Shown here: positions 1 through 11,208 of the stretch, piece by piece
How the letters are laid out: every line of letters starts with the position of its first letter
Position numbering within the stretch: the stretch's first letter is position 1
Source of the DNA: Aulosira sp. ZfuVER01
GTDB taxonomy: Bacteria > Cyanobacteriota > Cyanobacteriia > Cyanobacteriales > Nostocaceae
Assembly: GCA_034530615.2 (NCBI GenBank)
Contig: JAVRCV020000046.1
Location: 54,530 to 118,529, forward strand
Direction of reading: 5' to 3'
DNA: 64,000 nucleotides
Notes under the pieces: model-generated
Seen by the model: only the letters and a program-made list of their open reading frames with translations
Told to the model about the DNA's origin: nothing
The model's database searches: none
Program-made: the position numbers and the translations under genes

Positions 1-125
1 GTTACGTGAGTTGCCCCAATGCTAATTTCCATCGCTGCCGCAATTTCTTCGGCAGTGTTGTATAGCTCTAAGCCATAATTATTCAAGCATTCGATGTTTC
101 CTTGTTTGCTATTTTTCAAACCCAT
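1..125 (-). pseudogene. Possible degraded fragment of a cyanobacterial retron-type reverse transcriptase N-terminal region (runs off window edge)
   Basis: Minus frame reads (stop)EDVSMGLKNSKQGNIECLNNYGLELYNTAEEIAAAMEISIG, then GQL in a shifted frame. From memory this resembles the GVSGGL...YGL...TAEQIAAAMGISVGQLRF segment of cyanobacterial RTs. Not searched. Confidence 0.3.
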
Positions 126-525
126 TGAAACATCCTCTTAAAATATTTACTAATTTGTAATATGCAAACTCAATTTTATTTGAAAACTCTGCAAATGCAG
201 GTGTTTACAGTTCAGTTGCGGACAAATACATCTCCAAAACTGGATCAAGATTGCTGCTACTTATCCTTAAACTACCCAAGGGCAATCTAGAAAAAGAAAA
301 CAGCGCTCAAATATGCCGTTCACTTTGCCAGTTCCAGAAATCTAGATCTAACAAGAGAAGGGACATACTCAAGTTAGGGAGAAATGCATTTGCGCTAGCT
401 TCTTTACTGTTACTACAGACATCACATCGTAATGAGCAGTAGTAAGCACCTACATCACAGAGTCTTTACTAAAGTTAAATTAGCTACCGTGACGGGGTAG
501 TGTCTTTTGACCCGGACAGGGTTTG

Positions 526-597
526 TGGAGCAGAAAGTGGATTTGAACCACTGACATTTGGATACTAGTCCAACGAGCTACCACTGCTCTATTCTGC
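526..597 (-). pseudogene. Degenerate tRNA-like gene (initiator-Met-like body, 6-nt anticodon loop)
   Basis: GCAGAA/TTCTGC acceptor, GAGC-AGTGGTA-GCTC D arm, TTGGA-CTAGTA-TCCAA anticodon arm, AGTGG-TTCAAAT-CCACT T arm, encoded CCA. Confidence 0.7.
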
Positions 598-625
598 AAA
601 TTTGCCTTTTTCCCTAGACAAATGT

Positions 626-700
626 TGGTCGAAAGTACAGGAATCGAACCTGCAACCAATCGATTATGAGTCGATCGCTCTACCAGTGAGCTAACTTCCG
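626..700 (-). tRNA. tRNA with CAT anticodon (Met, or Ile2), encoded CCA
   Basis: Full cloverleaf: CGGAAGT/ACTTTCG acceptor, GCTC-ACTGGTA-GAGC D arm, ATCGA-CTCATAA-TCGAT anticodon arm, GCAGG-TTCGATT-CCTGT T arm, A-CCA end. Confidence 0.88.
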
Positions 701-772
701 GGAGTTTGATGTAGGACTCGAACCTACGCCCCACCGATCGCTTCGGCTGCTCTACCACTGAGCTAATCAAAC
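701..772 (-). ncRNA. tRNA-like gene with perfect acceptor, D and T arms but a 5-nt anticodon loop
   Basis: GTTTGAT/ATCAAAC 7-bp acceptor, GCTC-AGTGGTA-GAGC, GCCGA-AGCGA-TCGGT, GTAGG-TTCGAGT-CCTAC; abuts the CAT tRNA directly. Confidence 0.7.
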
Positions 773-1123
773 AATGGAGTAGTGACGCATTACTCGGCGA
801 TATACGCTCAATCCAGAGGTTGGCGCACCAGTCGGGCATACTGAACCCGAACCATAGCTTTGCTTATGTATTACTATTCCACTACTTAATGTAACATAGG
901 CAAATCTTAGGCGGTAGTGAATAATTACTTACTTCCAATATTTAGGCAAAAACCATCACATCTCATGGCTGATGATACATGACGTAGCTCAAGTTTTAGT
1001 AGACTGTTCGGCAGAAAACTGGGATGCGGAAATTGCTACCCATAAAATAGGTAGCAATCTTTGGTGTTCTACACCTGATAAAAATTAAGGAAGGGTGAGA
1101 AATAACCCACCCTGTCACATTAT

Positions 1124-2191
<1,068 letters not shown>

Positions 2192-3437
2192 TCAAGAGCT
2201 TGCGAGCGGATATATTTGCTAGGATTTTCTATCAGGAGAACCAAGGGCATCAGCATTGTAGATAGTGGTAACTAAATCCATCGGTTGCTCAAGCCTTTAG
2301 AGTTTTTACAGTAGCAATTTCAACCTGTACAGAGTTTTGCCCTGCACCCAACCAACCAAAATTGCAATTTACTCTTAATGGTTGCTACAAATTTCCTATT
2401 TTGCTTGTGCGATAGTTGCCACATTCGATATCCTGAAATACTGCGCGATCGCTTCTTAGTGTTTCTTCTAGTTATTCCTAAAAAATCACTGAATCCTATT
2501 CCTATGAATGCAAGGAAGGGAGTCCTCAATTACAAGGGGATTCTCTGCATTGACAACCTTTAACACTATGGTTTAGGCAGTGTATTGGTGAATTTTGACA
2601 ATCTAGTTAAATTCCTTAATTTTGTGGAACGGTATCTACTCTGCTGGAAGTTTTAATTTCCACAGTAAGTAATTTCTAGAAAATAGTTAGAGCAATGAAA
2701 AATAGTTAATATTGCTTGCCCTAAGTTCAGTAACCGTTCTAATTCATTTCGGATTGCCAGGATTTACTATGAGTCTTTCTCCGTAGACTCTAAGAGTAAT
2801 TAGATCTGGCGGTTTAACTAACTAGTATAGCCAAACATTACTGGCTATTACCTAAGCAAGCTATAATTGACTTCAAGTTCTTACTAAGGTGATTATCTTG
2901 CTTATCTGGCTTTTGTTTATCGTTACTAAAAAGCATAACGATATTGAAGCGGACTTACCAGAGCAAAAGGACTTTATCGAGTTTACCTCAATATTGTCTT
3001 GAAGTCTTTTTGCAGTTCTTACTTTTTGATTCCTGTTTTTAGATTAGCACAGATTTGCTAATTTGTTTTTCCATATTCAAATTATTTTTTCATTGGCCAT
3101 AATATTGAAAATCCCACAATTTTTTTAAACTATTGCTCATATCTAACTTATTTAGATTTTATTAACGTTATTTGCAAGATATAAAGTAGGAATTCTAGCG
3201 ATTTTTAATAGTGAAATGCTTTAGCATCGCGCTCGTATAAACTGCAAGATGCATACAAGCATGGTTATATACAATACCTTAGTGTACATAGTCTATATAG
3301 TTTAGCTTCACAATATTTACCCTAAAATTAAGGTATGAATAGAAAAATGCTCCTTGTACAATCTGCAACTCAAACCTTAGAAAGATATTCTGTAGAGTAA
3401 CTGAATATCGTGTTAAGGTTGAAGATGAGAATAGAAA

Positions 3438-3545
3438 TCGGACACAAATTTTGTTTTTAGTATTAACAGGCTTTTACTCTTTGTTATTGACAGGCTTGTC
3501 TCCGAAATTTAAATCTCTCTACACTTTTAATTTTGGAAACAATTT
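3438..3545 (+). promoter_or_regulatory. rbp-type 5' leader (TTTGTTTTTAGT and TCTCCGAA boxes, AATCTCTCTACAC)
   Basis: Same boxes recur upstream of the other rbp genes in the window and match the described cold-inducible Anabaena rbp leader boxes. Confidence 0.7.
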
Positions 3546-3845
3546 ATGTCACTTTACGTAGGCAACCTCTCATATGAAGTTACACAAGAGACTTTAAATA
3601 CTGTTTTTGCAAAATATGGTTCTGTAAAGCAAGTTTCGCTACCTACTGACCGTGAAACAGGTCGTTTGCGTGGCTTTGCTTTTGTAGAAATGGGTACAGA
3701 TTCAGAAGAAAATGCCGCCATTGAGGCTCTTGATGGTGCTGAATGGATGGGACGTAACTTGAAAGTGAACAAAGCTAGGCCTAGAGAAGATAGAGGTTCG
3801 TTTGGCGGGAACCGAAATAACTCCGGCTTTCGGAACCGTTACTAA
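3546..3845 (+). CDS. rbp: RRM RNA-binding protein (RbpA1-like, upstream of rpsU)
   Basis: RNP2 LYVGNL, RNP1 RGFAFVEM, short Gly/Asn/Arg-rich tail. Confidence 0.93.
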   Translation: MSLYVGNLSYEVTQETLNTVFAKYGSVKQVSLPTDRETGRLRGFAFVEMGTDSEENAAIEALDGAEWMGRNLKVNKARPREDRGSFGGNRNNSGFRNRY

Positions 3846-3879
3846 ATTTTGAACTCAGAAATTTAAACTCTAACGTCTT

Positions 3880-3909
3880 TAGGACAGACAATGAGTCTGT
3901 CCTTTTTTT
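3880..3909 (+). terminator. Hairpin plus T-tract between rbp and rpsU
   Basis: AGGACAGAC-aatga-GTCTGTCCT followed by a T run. Confidence 0.6.
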
Positions 3910-3963
3910 CAGATTGACTAGATAGCCTCACACTAAGCAGTAATAATTAAGTAAGGAAATAGA

Positions 3964-4152
3964 ATGACCCAAATAATTGTGGACGATCGTGAAGGAATTG
4001 AATCAGCCTTGCGTCGTTTTAAGCGAAAAGTTTCCAAGGCAGGTATTTTTCCAGATATGAAGAAGAATCGCCATTTTGAAACACCAGAGCAAAAACGTAA
4101 GCGTAAAGAAGTTGCGCGGCACAGACAAAATAAGAGAAATTTCCGCAAATAA
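3964..4152 (+). CDS. rpsU: 30S ribosomal protein S21
   Basis: [14 protein letters not shown]...RHFETP motif. Confidence 0.93.
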   Translation: MTQIIVDDREGIESALRRFKRKVSKAGIFPDMKKNRHFETPEQKRKRKEVARHRQNKRNFRK

Positions 4153-4349
4153 GTTTAAGCGGTTGCATCATCTCTCTATGCTGATAAATACTCCAGAAGC
4201 AGATTAAAAATAGCAACTTTAATACGATAAGAGCCACAAATCCCCCTCACATTGCTAGTGTGGGGGAGAAGCTTATCATTGGAGGGCTGAACAAAAAAAT
4301 CCTACAAATTCAAGATTATTTTTAGTTAATGATGTGATGTCATTTATTT

Positions 4350-4766
4350 ATGGAATCTAAAAAATACAAAATTGAGTACAAGTTTCATTCAATTCATATT
4401 GAAGAGGAATCATTAAGTAGAAAAGCTTATTACTATAAAATTTCTGGTGAGTTATGTCATAATGGTGGGTTTGTCAATTCGATTGCTGAGGCAGAAAAGG
4501 AAGCAAAAGCGAAGATTGACGAAAAATTTAATCTAATAGAAAAAAAATCTGCATTACACAGATATTGTGTAATGCGTGATTTTGAAAGCTTTGTTGAGTT
4601 GTTAACTCAACAAAAGGAAATGCCGAAAGAGGTAGCTTATCAAGTAGCTTCTCAACTAGCTTTAGCTTCAACTTTAAAGTATTTTACGAAAGAAGCACTC
4701 AATGTTGATGCAAATGGCTCAGTAGATGTTAATAGAGATGTAAGCACAGAAAACTTGCAGCAATAA
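4350..4766 (+). CDS. Hypothetical protein
   Basis: 138-aa ORF, no recognised motif. Confidence 0.6.
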   Translation: MESKKYKIEYKFHSIHIEEESLSRKAYYYKISGELCHNGGFVNSIAEAEKEAKAKIDEKFNLIEKKSALHRYCVMRDFESFVELLTQQKEMPKEVAYQVASQLALASTLKYFTKEALNVDANGSVDVNRDVSTENLQQ

Positions 4767-4789
4767 TCAGTTGTGTTTGACCAGATTAT

Positions 4790-5308
4790 TTAAAATGCTG
4801 GCTGCATCATTTTTGTGAGGAGGCAAGAAGCTTCAAGAGTCCATGCATTATTACATAACTCAAGCGCTGGTACTTTTAATTCAAATGGATGAGGTGGTGA
4901 CTGTAGTAGCGAGGGTGCAACTCGGTCGTGGACTTCAACTAAGCTAACTATCCAAGGAAGAAAATCTAAAATTTCCCTTGGCAATACAGTTAACTCAAAG
5001 TCCCATACCAGATTAAGTCCTCGGGATTTTTGCAACTTTTTTCCCATCATGAATTGAAGAGCACTTTTATTAATAGCTAGCCGCAGAATGAACGGGCGCA
5101 ATGGGTTAAATTCGTCTGGTGCTGTATAAGCATATATATTTATATAATTCAGTTGCTGCCTATCATCTATCCAAGATGCAATAGGAGAATTACTACTATA
5201 GGATGTACTACTTATGCTCACTGGTGTCTTCATTGCAACAGCAAACAGAGAATAGAATTCATGCCTTAGTTCACTAACAATATGTTTGGTTTCTGGAGTC
5301 ATGGTCAC
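4790..5308 (-). CDS. Hypothetical protein
   Basis: 172-aa ORF, no recognised motif. Confidence 0.65.
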   Translation of the reverse strand: MTMTPETKHIVSELRHEFYSLFAVAMKTPVSISSTSYSSNSPIASWIDDRQQLNYINIYAYTAPDEFNPLRPFILRLAINKSALQFMMGKKLQKSRGLNLVWDFELTVLPREILDFLPWIVSLVEVHDRVAPSLLQSPPHPFELKVPALELCNNAWTLEASCLLTKMMQPAF

Positions 5309-5421
5309 TACACCTATAATTGTGTAGATTGTATTTGTAGAAGAAGTTTCAGGGGTAATATAATTATGGCTTAAGTACCTCCCAAAAAAATGGGAGAAGT
5401 AAGAATCTCCCCGAAAAAAAG

Positions 5422-5754
5422 CTAAAGAAGCTTAGAAACAGCACTGCTAAATTGCTCGTAAGGAGAAACTCCTACGATGGTTTCTACTAACTCAGCATCT
5501 TTAAAAATTAAAACTGCTGGAATACTGCGAAGTCCGAATTTTTTAAACAGCGGTTTGTTATTATCCACGTCTACCTTAACGACTTTGGCGCAATCTTTAT
5601 ATTCTTGAGCGAGTTGCTCCATTAATGGAGCGATCAAGCGACAAGGCCCACACCAAGTAGCAGTAAAGTCAACTACAACAACTTTTTCTTCACTTAAAAG
5701 AGTCTCAAATTCACTTTCTTGAATGTAAGCAACTAGATCAGTGTCAGTAGACAT
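5422..5754 (-). CDS. Thioredoxin
   Basis: VDFTATWCGPCR active site, SIP cis-Pro motif. Confidence 0.93.
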   Translation of the reverse strand: MSTDTDLVAYIQESEFETLLSEEKVVVVDFTATWCGPCRLIAPLMEQLAQEYKDCAKVVKVDVDNNKPLFKKFGLRSIPAVLIFKDAELVETIVGVSPYEQFSSAVSKLL

Positions 5755-5864
5755 TTTTTAATTCCTCAGTATTAAACTAACATTTCAAAAAAAAAGAATT
5801 TTCGGGGACATGATAGCCAACGAAGATTCAATATCTTACCTACACAGTCATGAAAAAGAGTTCA

Positions 5865-6170
5865 TTAATAAAAGGCTTCTACATTATTTCGAAAGGCAAT
5901 TAAGGCGTGCTTGCCCTGCTCTTCTTTTAGTGTCTCAAAGATAGCATCAGATACTTCTAATGAAACAAGCGTTTTGATTTCAATATTAGTGTTGTAACCT
6001 GCCATATCTGCCAAGCGTTTTCCATGTCCACCTTCACCTTGTACTTGACTAATTGTATAACCGCTTACACTATGGCTTTTTAGCAGTTTAACAATCCTTT
6101 CTTTCAAGACTGTTTCACCTATGATAGTGATAAGAACGGCGGGTTGAATCGGCAAGGTTAAGTTTGTCAT
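5865..6170 (-). CDS. PII-like protein (SbtB-like)
   Basis: ITIIGE...SGYTI..VQGEG.HG...NIEIKTLV pattern, 101 aa; no sbtA adjacent. Confidence 0.7.
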   Translation of the reverse strand: MTNLTLPIQPAVLITIIGETVLKERIVKLLKSHSVSGYTISQVQGEGGHGKRLADMAGYNTNIEIKTLVSLEVSDAIFETLKEEQGKHALIAFRNNVEAFY

Positions 6171-6330
6171 AAAGAATTCCAGAAAAAGGATTTTCGCTTT
6201 TCAATCTGACATTTTCATTCGCAGTCAAAATTGTGCAGAAAAAGACTCAAGCAAAAATGCCTGAGCCGTTAATAGATGAAGTTAAGTTATTGAACTAACG
6301 GGTTAGGCCAAATAGCTAAATCAGTGAAGC

Positions 6331-6636
6331 TTAGTAACGGTTGCGTCCACCGTAATTGCCACGGTTCCCACCACCAAATGAACCGCCTCTGTCTTCTTTA
6401 GGTTTAGCCTTATTTACTTTGAGGTCTCGTCCCATCCATTCGGCACCATCAAGAGCTTCAATAGCCGCAGTTTCTTCTGCATCGGTACCCATTTCCACAA
6501 AACCAAAGCCGCGCACACGACCTGTTTCGCGATCGGTAGGTAGCTGAACCCGCTTGACAGAACCATATTCTGCAAACACTGCATTCAGACTATCTTCTGT
6601 AACTTCGTAAGAAAGATTGCCTACATAAACTGACAT
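6331..6636 (-). CDS. rbp: RRM RNA-binding protein with Gly-rich tail
   Basis: VYVGNL, RGFGFVEM, GGSFGGGNRGNYGG tail. Confidence 0.94.
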   Translation of the reverse strand: MSVYVGNLSYEVTEDSLNAVFAEYGSVKRVQLPTDRETGRVRGFGFVEMGTDAEETAAIEALDGAEWMGRDLKVNKAKPKEDRGGSFGGGNRGNYGGRNRY

Positions 6637-6814
6637 AGATTGTCTCCGAAATTGTAAATGTGTAGAGATTTAGATTTCGGAGAAAAGTTTGTAAATACCA
6701 AAAACAAAAAACCTGTCAATACTAAAAACAAACGCTGTTAACCGAATTAATTCTCATCTTATATTATGACATAGAAATCAACTTTTAGGTGAACAATGGG
6801 AAAAAGATTATATA

Positions 6815-7024
6815 TCAGCTTACTAATTCAACTAAAGCGTCCCACTGAAACCTGACTACGCATGAGACTAAGCAGCCACGATAATGCTCACTTGTGAATA
6901 CTGAGAGTGTAACATTGGTCTGACTTAGATCTAAAATTTGTTTCACCTTACAGATTTGCCGTTTGTTCTTGCAGTATGCAACGATGCGATCGCCTGCTTT
7001 GACATCTAACGCTTTAATTTTCAA
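6815..7024 (-). CDS. Small hypothetical protein
   Basis: 69-aa ORF (TTG start) between two rbp genes on the same strand. Confidence 0.5.
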   Translation of the reverse strand: MKIKALDVKAGDRIVAYCKNKRQICKVKQILDLSQTNVTLSVFTSEHYRGCLVSCVVRFQWDALVELVS

Positions 7025-7172
7025 TTTCTACTCACTGCTACCGTTATTTAACTAAACCATAATATGTATTTAGATTTTTTTCACCTTCTTTTGGTTATAA
7101 TTTCTTCTGGGTTGTATGTAACCGCTATGAGAATTCCAACGCTTTTGCGTAACCCACTATAATAAGGCAGCA

Positions 7173-7427
7173 TTAAGCTACATCTACGATGGTTTTAGCT
7201 CTATTAATTTTCAGGCTATAACCCATCCATTCAGTACCTCTTAATCCATTAATCGCTGCTACTTCTTCGGTGTCTGTTTCCATTTCTACAACTGCAAATC
7301 CCCTCTTTTCACCAGATTTTTGCTTTGTAGATACTAGAATTCTTCTAACAGACCCATACATTAAAAAAACTTGTCTGATGTCTTCATCTTCAATTTCACT
7401 GGATAAATTACCAATATAAACTGACAT
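7173..7427 (-). CDS. rbp: Divergent RRM RNA-binding protein lacking the Gly-rich tail
   Basis: VYIGNL, RGFAVVEM; preceded by an rbp-type leader. Confidence 0.85.
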   Translation of the reverse strand: MSVYIGNLSSEIEDEDIRQVFLMYGSVRRILVSTKQKSGEKRGFAVVEMETDTEEVAAINGLRGTEWMGYSLKINRAKTIVDVA

Positions 7428-7743
7428 ATACTATCTCCCAATTAACAAAATGTAGAGATTTAGATTTGGAGAGGCGTCTATATATAATCAGTCACTTGAC
7501 CAAAAATATTTCTCAATAATTTAATAATAACATAGTTTTAAATTTGAAACTTACTTAAATATGTGTGAGTCTCAAGCAGTTTATTCAGCTTAAACCTCGA
7601 ACAAAATTAGAAAACCAGGCTCGTCCACACAAATAGTTTAAGACATACTTGTGCGTAAAATAAGCAACTGAGAATTAACTAAATCTTGTGAAATTTAAAA
7701 TTTCTACAATTGTTGCTCAATAATATATTTTTGATTTTTAAAT

Positions 7744-7941
7744 TTAATTAGAAATAGCAGCTATTTGTAGTTGAACCCACAACTCTTTTTTCCACTTCAG
7801 GGTTAAAATTTCTGGGTTTGTAATTCCCAAAGCTTTTAAGCAATTAGTTATGTCTTTTTTACTTAATGAGCTTGGTTCAAGTTCTGAAGCAACAAAGCGA
7901 GCAAAGTTAGCTGAGATAAATGTAGGTATTTGTAAATTCAT
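7744..7941 (-). CDS. Small hypothetical protein (65 aa) preceded by an rbp-like leader
   Basis: GGGAGG RBS 5 nt before ATG (MNLQIPTF...). Confidence 0.6.
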   Translation of the reverse strand: MNLQIPTFISANFARFVASELEPSSLSKKDITNCLKALGITNPEILTLKWKKELWVQLQIAAISN

Positions 7942-8307
7942 TTCATCCTCCCGAATCACATACAGTGTAGAGAGTTAGATCCGGAAAGGTGTCACGGGCT
8001 TATTCACATAGCCGAAAATATTTCTCATTGGTCTAAACATAACACTTGAATCTGTAAGGAGATTGGTAGGACTCTACAGGTCGTTATAACTACAAGTTCA
8101 TATCTTTGTAAGCTCTGCTGCTAAATGATTGTGGCTTCTAATTTACCCTAAAAAAGTTAATTATTATCTAGGGGCAGCTTTATCCATAACCCTAGAGCGT
8201 AATACAAATTTAACGTAAAATTAATATTTAGCTTATACTACAAATACTACTGCAAAGCTTATTCTTTATATATCTTTGTATTTCTTTATATTGTTTTCTG
8301 ATATTTG

Positions 8308-8394
8308 ATACCAATTTGAAAAAAGAATGCAACAGATGGATTCCCATAAGCGACACACAAAAAGCAATTCCCGATCTAAAATCCAAAATGGTAT
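8308..8394. repeat. Short dispersed element bounded by ATACCA...TGGTAT
   Basis: Inverted ends; left end ATACCAATTTGAAAAAAGAAT recurs near 29407; a similar element lies at 57456-57559. Confidence 0.5.
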
Positions 8395-8457
8395 GACATC
8401 GATTTTGATTGTCAGACAATCGGAGAATTTGAGAAGGCTTTGATTTATATCAGATTG

Positions 8458-9369
8458 CTATATATTGTTAATTAATTTACTTTTACGTTCGCGAAACCAT
8501 TGCAAACGTCTCTCAAAACGCTGCAAACTGTCGGGGTGTTGCTGCCCGATAATATAGTTCCAGAGAACTGTTTGAAATGTACGTGCCTCAATAAATAAAT
8601 CCAATACCTCATCATCAATATTTAAACCATAGCCATTGATTGCTGCATCGGCTTGCTCTACATCCTTCCCAAAGACACGAGATGAGGCAACAAAACAAGC
8701 AATATCCCAAAAGATGGGGGCGATAAATGTATCCTCCCAGTCACCCCACAATATCCCGCGTGTGGTATTCAAAACATTCGACGGGTTAGAGTCGCCGTGA
8801 ACAGGTTGCATGGGTAAGTCTAGTTGCTGGAACTTAATTTTTAACCGTTCGTTCACTTGTTGCAGCATTTCTGCGTCTGCGGGGCTGAATACTCTCTCGC
8901 TGCAAAGTTGGGAGAAAATCTGCTCAGATTCTGATAATGCATCAAGAACAGGAAGTTCGCCATCAAAATCTACGAGTGCTTCGTGACACTCACGTAAAGC
9001 CTCTCCCGCAGTAGCTGGATCTACTGGCTTGTCTAATTCTCGGACAAATTCCCAAAAGCTTAAAACCAAACCGTTGTGGTGATAGGGGCCAGGTGAAACG
9101 ACTGTACTAGGAGGCATAACAGGTGCACCTGCTGCTGTCAGATGACTCGCAACTGCAATTTCTCGTTTTAACCATGCATCGCCTTTGCGGACTGTTCCTG
9201 TTGTCGTCGCTACCCGCGCAACTACTGGAGTTGGGTGCAGATGTACGAGCAAATTACTACGGTCTGCCAAAATAATTGCTGTATCAAATTTAATTTTTTG
9301 CTGTTGAGCAACTTCATGTACAGTACGTACCGCAGCTTGTACGTGAACTGCATGACCCTTTTGAGTCAT
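8458..9369 (-). CDS. Aminoglycoside phosphotransferase / choline-kinase-like family protein
   Basis: VHGDSNPSN and GDWED motifs of the APH fold. Confidence 0.8.
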   Translation of the reverse strand: MTQKGHAVHVQAAVRTVHEVAQQQKIKFDTAIILADRSNLLVHLHPTPVVARVATTTGTVRKGDAWLKREIAVASHLTAAGAPVMPPSTVVSPGPYHHNGLVLSFWEFVRELDKPVDPATAGEALRECHEALVDFDGELPVLDALSESEQIFSQLCSERVFSPADAEMLQQVNERLKIKFQQLDLPMQPVHGDSNPSNVLNTTRGILWGDWEDTFIAPIFWDIACFVASSRVFGKDVEQADAAINGYGLNIDDEVLDLFIEARTFQTVLWNYIIGQQHPDSLQRFERRLQWFRERKSKLINNI

Positions 9370-9977
9370 CGTTTAACCTTTGAAATCTGCATAAACCACC
9401 ATCTATTACCATATCTCTATGCATTATCAAGAAAGCGCGATGATTCTAAAGTAGAACTCGCTAACTTAAATCCAATTAGCAAAACTTTTGATGCTGTAAA
9501 TGAATTATCAGCAGAGCAAAAAAGTAATAACTATATTGCAGTCAGTGCTTTTAAGATTGGTACTGCTCTGTATGAAGATATTCAAAATTTAGCTGAAGGT
9601 GGTGGACGGTTGAATTTTTCCGAAGTCATCAAACATCGGAGAAACACCATTGGCAAAGTACTAGCAGATGTAATTTAAGGATATTAACGAATGATATAGG
9701 TAGCCGTCAGTCTCAAGAGTCTGGCTCAAAATAGCGCATCTGCATATTTATGGCGGGTGCAGTGCTGCTACCAATTCACGAAAAATCTATTTGTATCATT
9801 CTTAAAGTGAAATGGTATGACTCCTAAACCTGCACAAAGACAGTCAAAATTGTGACGATATAAATAAGTAAAACTAATCACTTGTATCAGTTTTACAAAA
9901 GTATTAATACTTGATTAACTTTTGTAAAGCAGTGTAAAGTAACATTACAGACGCAAACAAAGTTGTCTGATTCATAA

Positions 9978-11084
<1,107 letters not shown>

Positions 11085-11119
11085 TTCTTGAGAAAGGGAT
11101 TATAGCTTCTCTGTGAATC

Positions 11120-11152
11120 AAAAGCGCTCTCCCACTTGGGAGGGCGCTTTTT
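11120..11152. terminator. Probable bidirectional intrinsic terminator between psbA and the Argonaute gene
   Basis: AAAAGCGCTCTCCCA-ct-TGGGAGGGCGCTTTT. Confidence 0.75.
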
Positions 11153-11208
11153 CATGCTGATTTTGTATTAAAAGCGCTCACAAAATATTTGTAACGTTGA
11201 AGTTAATT

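Noticed and set aside
480..839. 119-aa minus-strand ORF
   Set aside because: It overlaps the three tRNA or tRNA-like genes and is a translation artefact.
866..904. Imperfect palindrome and promoter-like sequence upstream of the tRNA cluster as a TrcR-type operator
   Set aside because: Symmetry is weak and I cannot verify the consensus from the sequence alone.
9235..9678. 147-aa plus-strand ORF
   Set aside because: Its 5' part is antisense to the phosphotransferase gene; the 3' part may be a gene remnant, but I could not recognise it.
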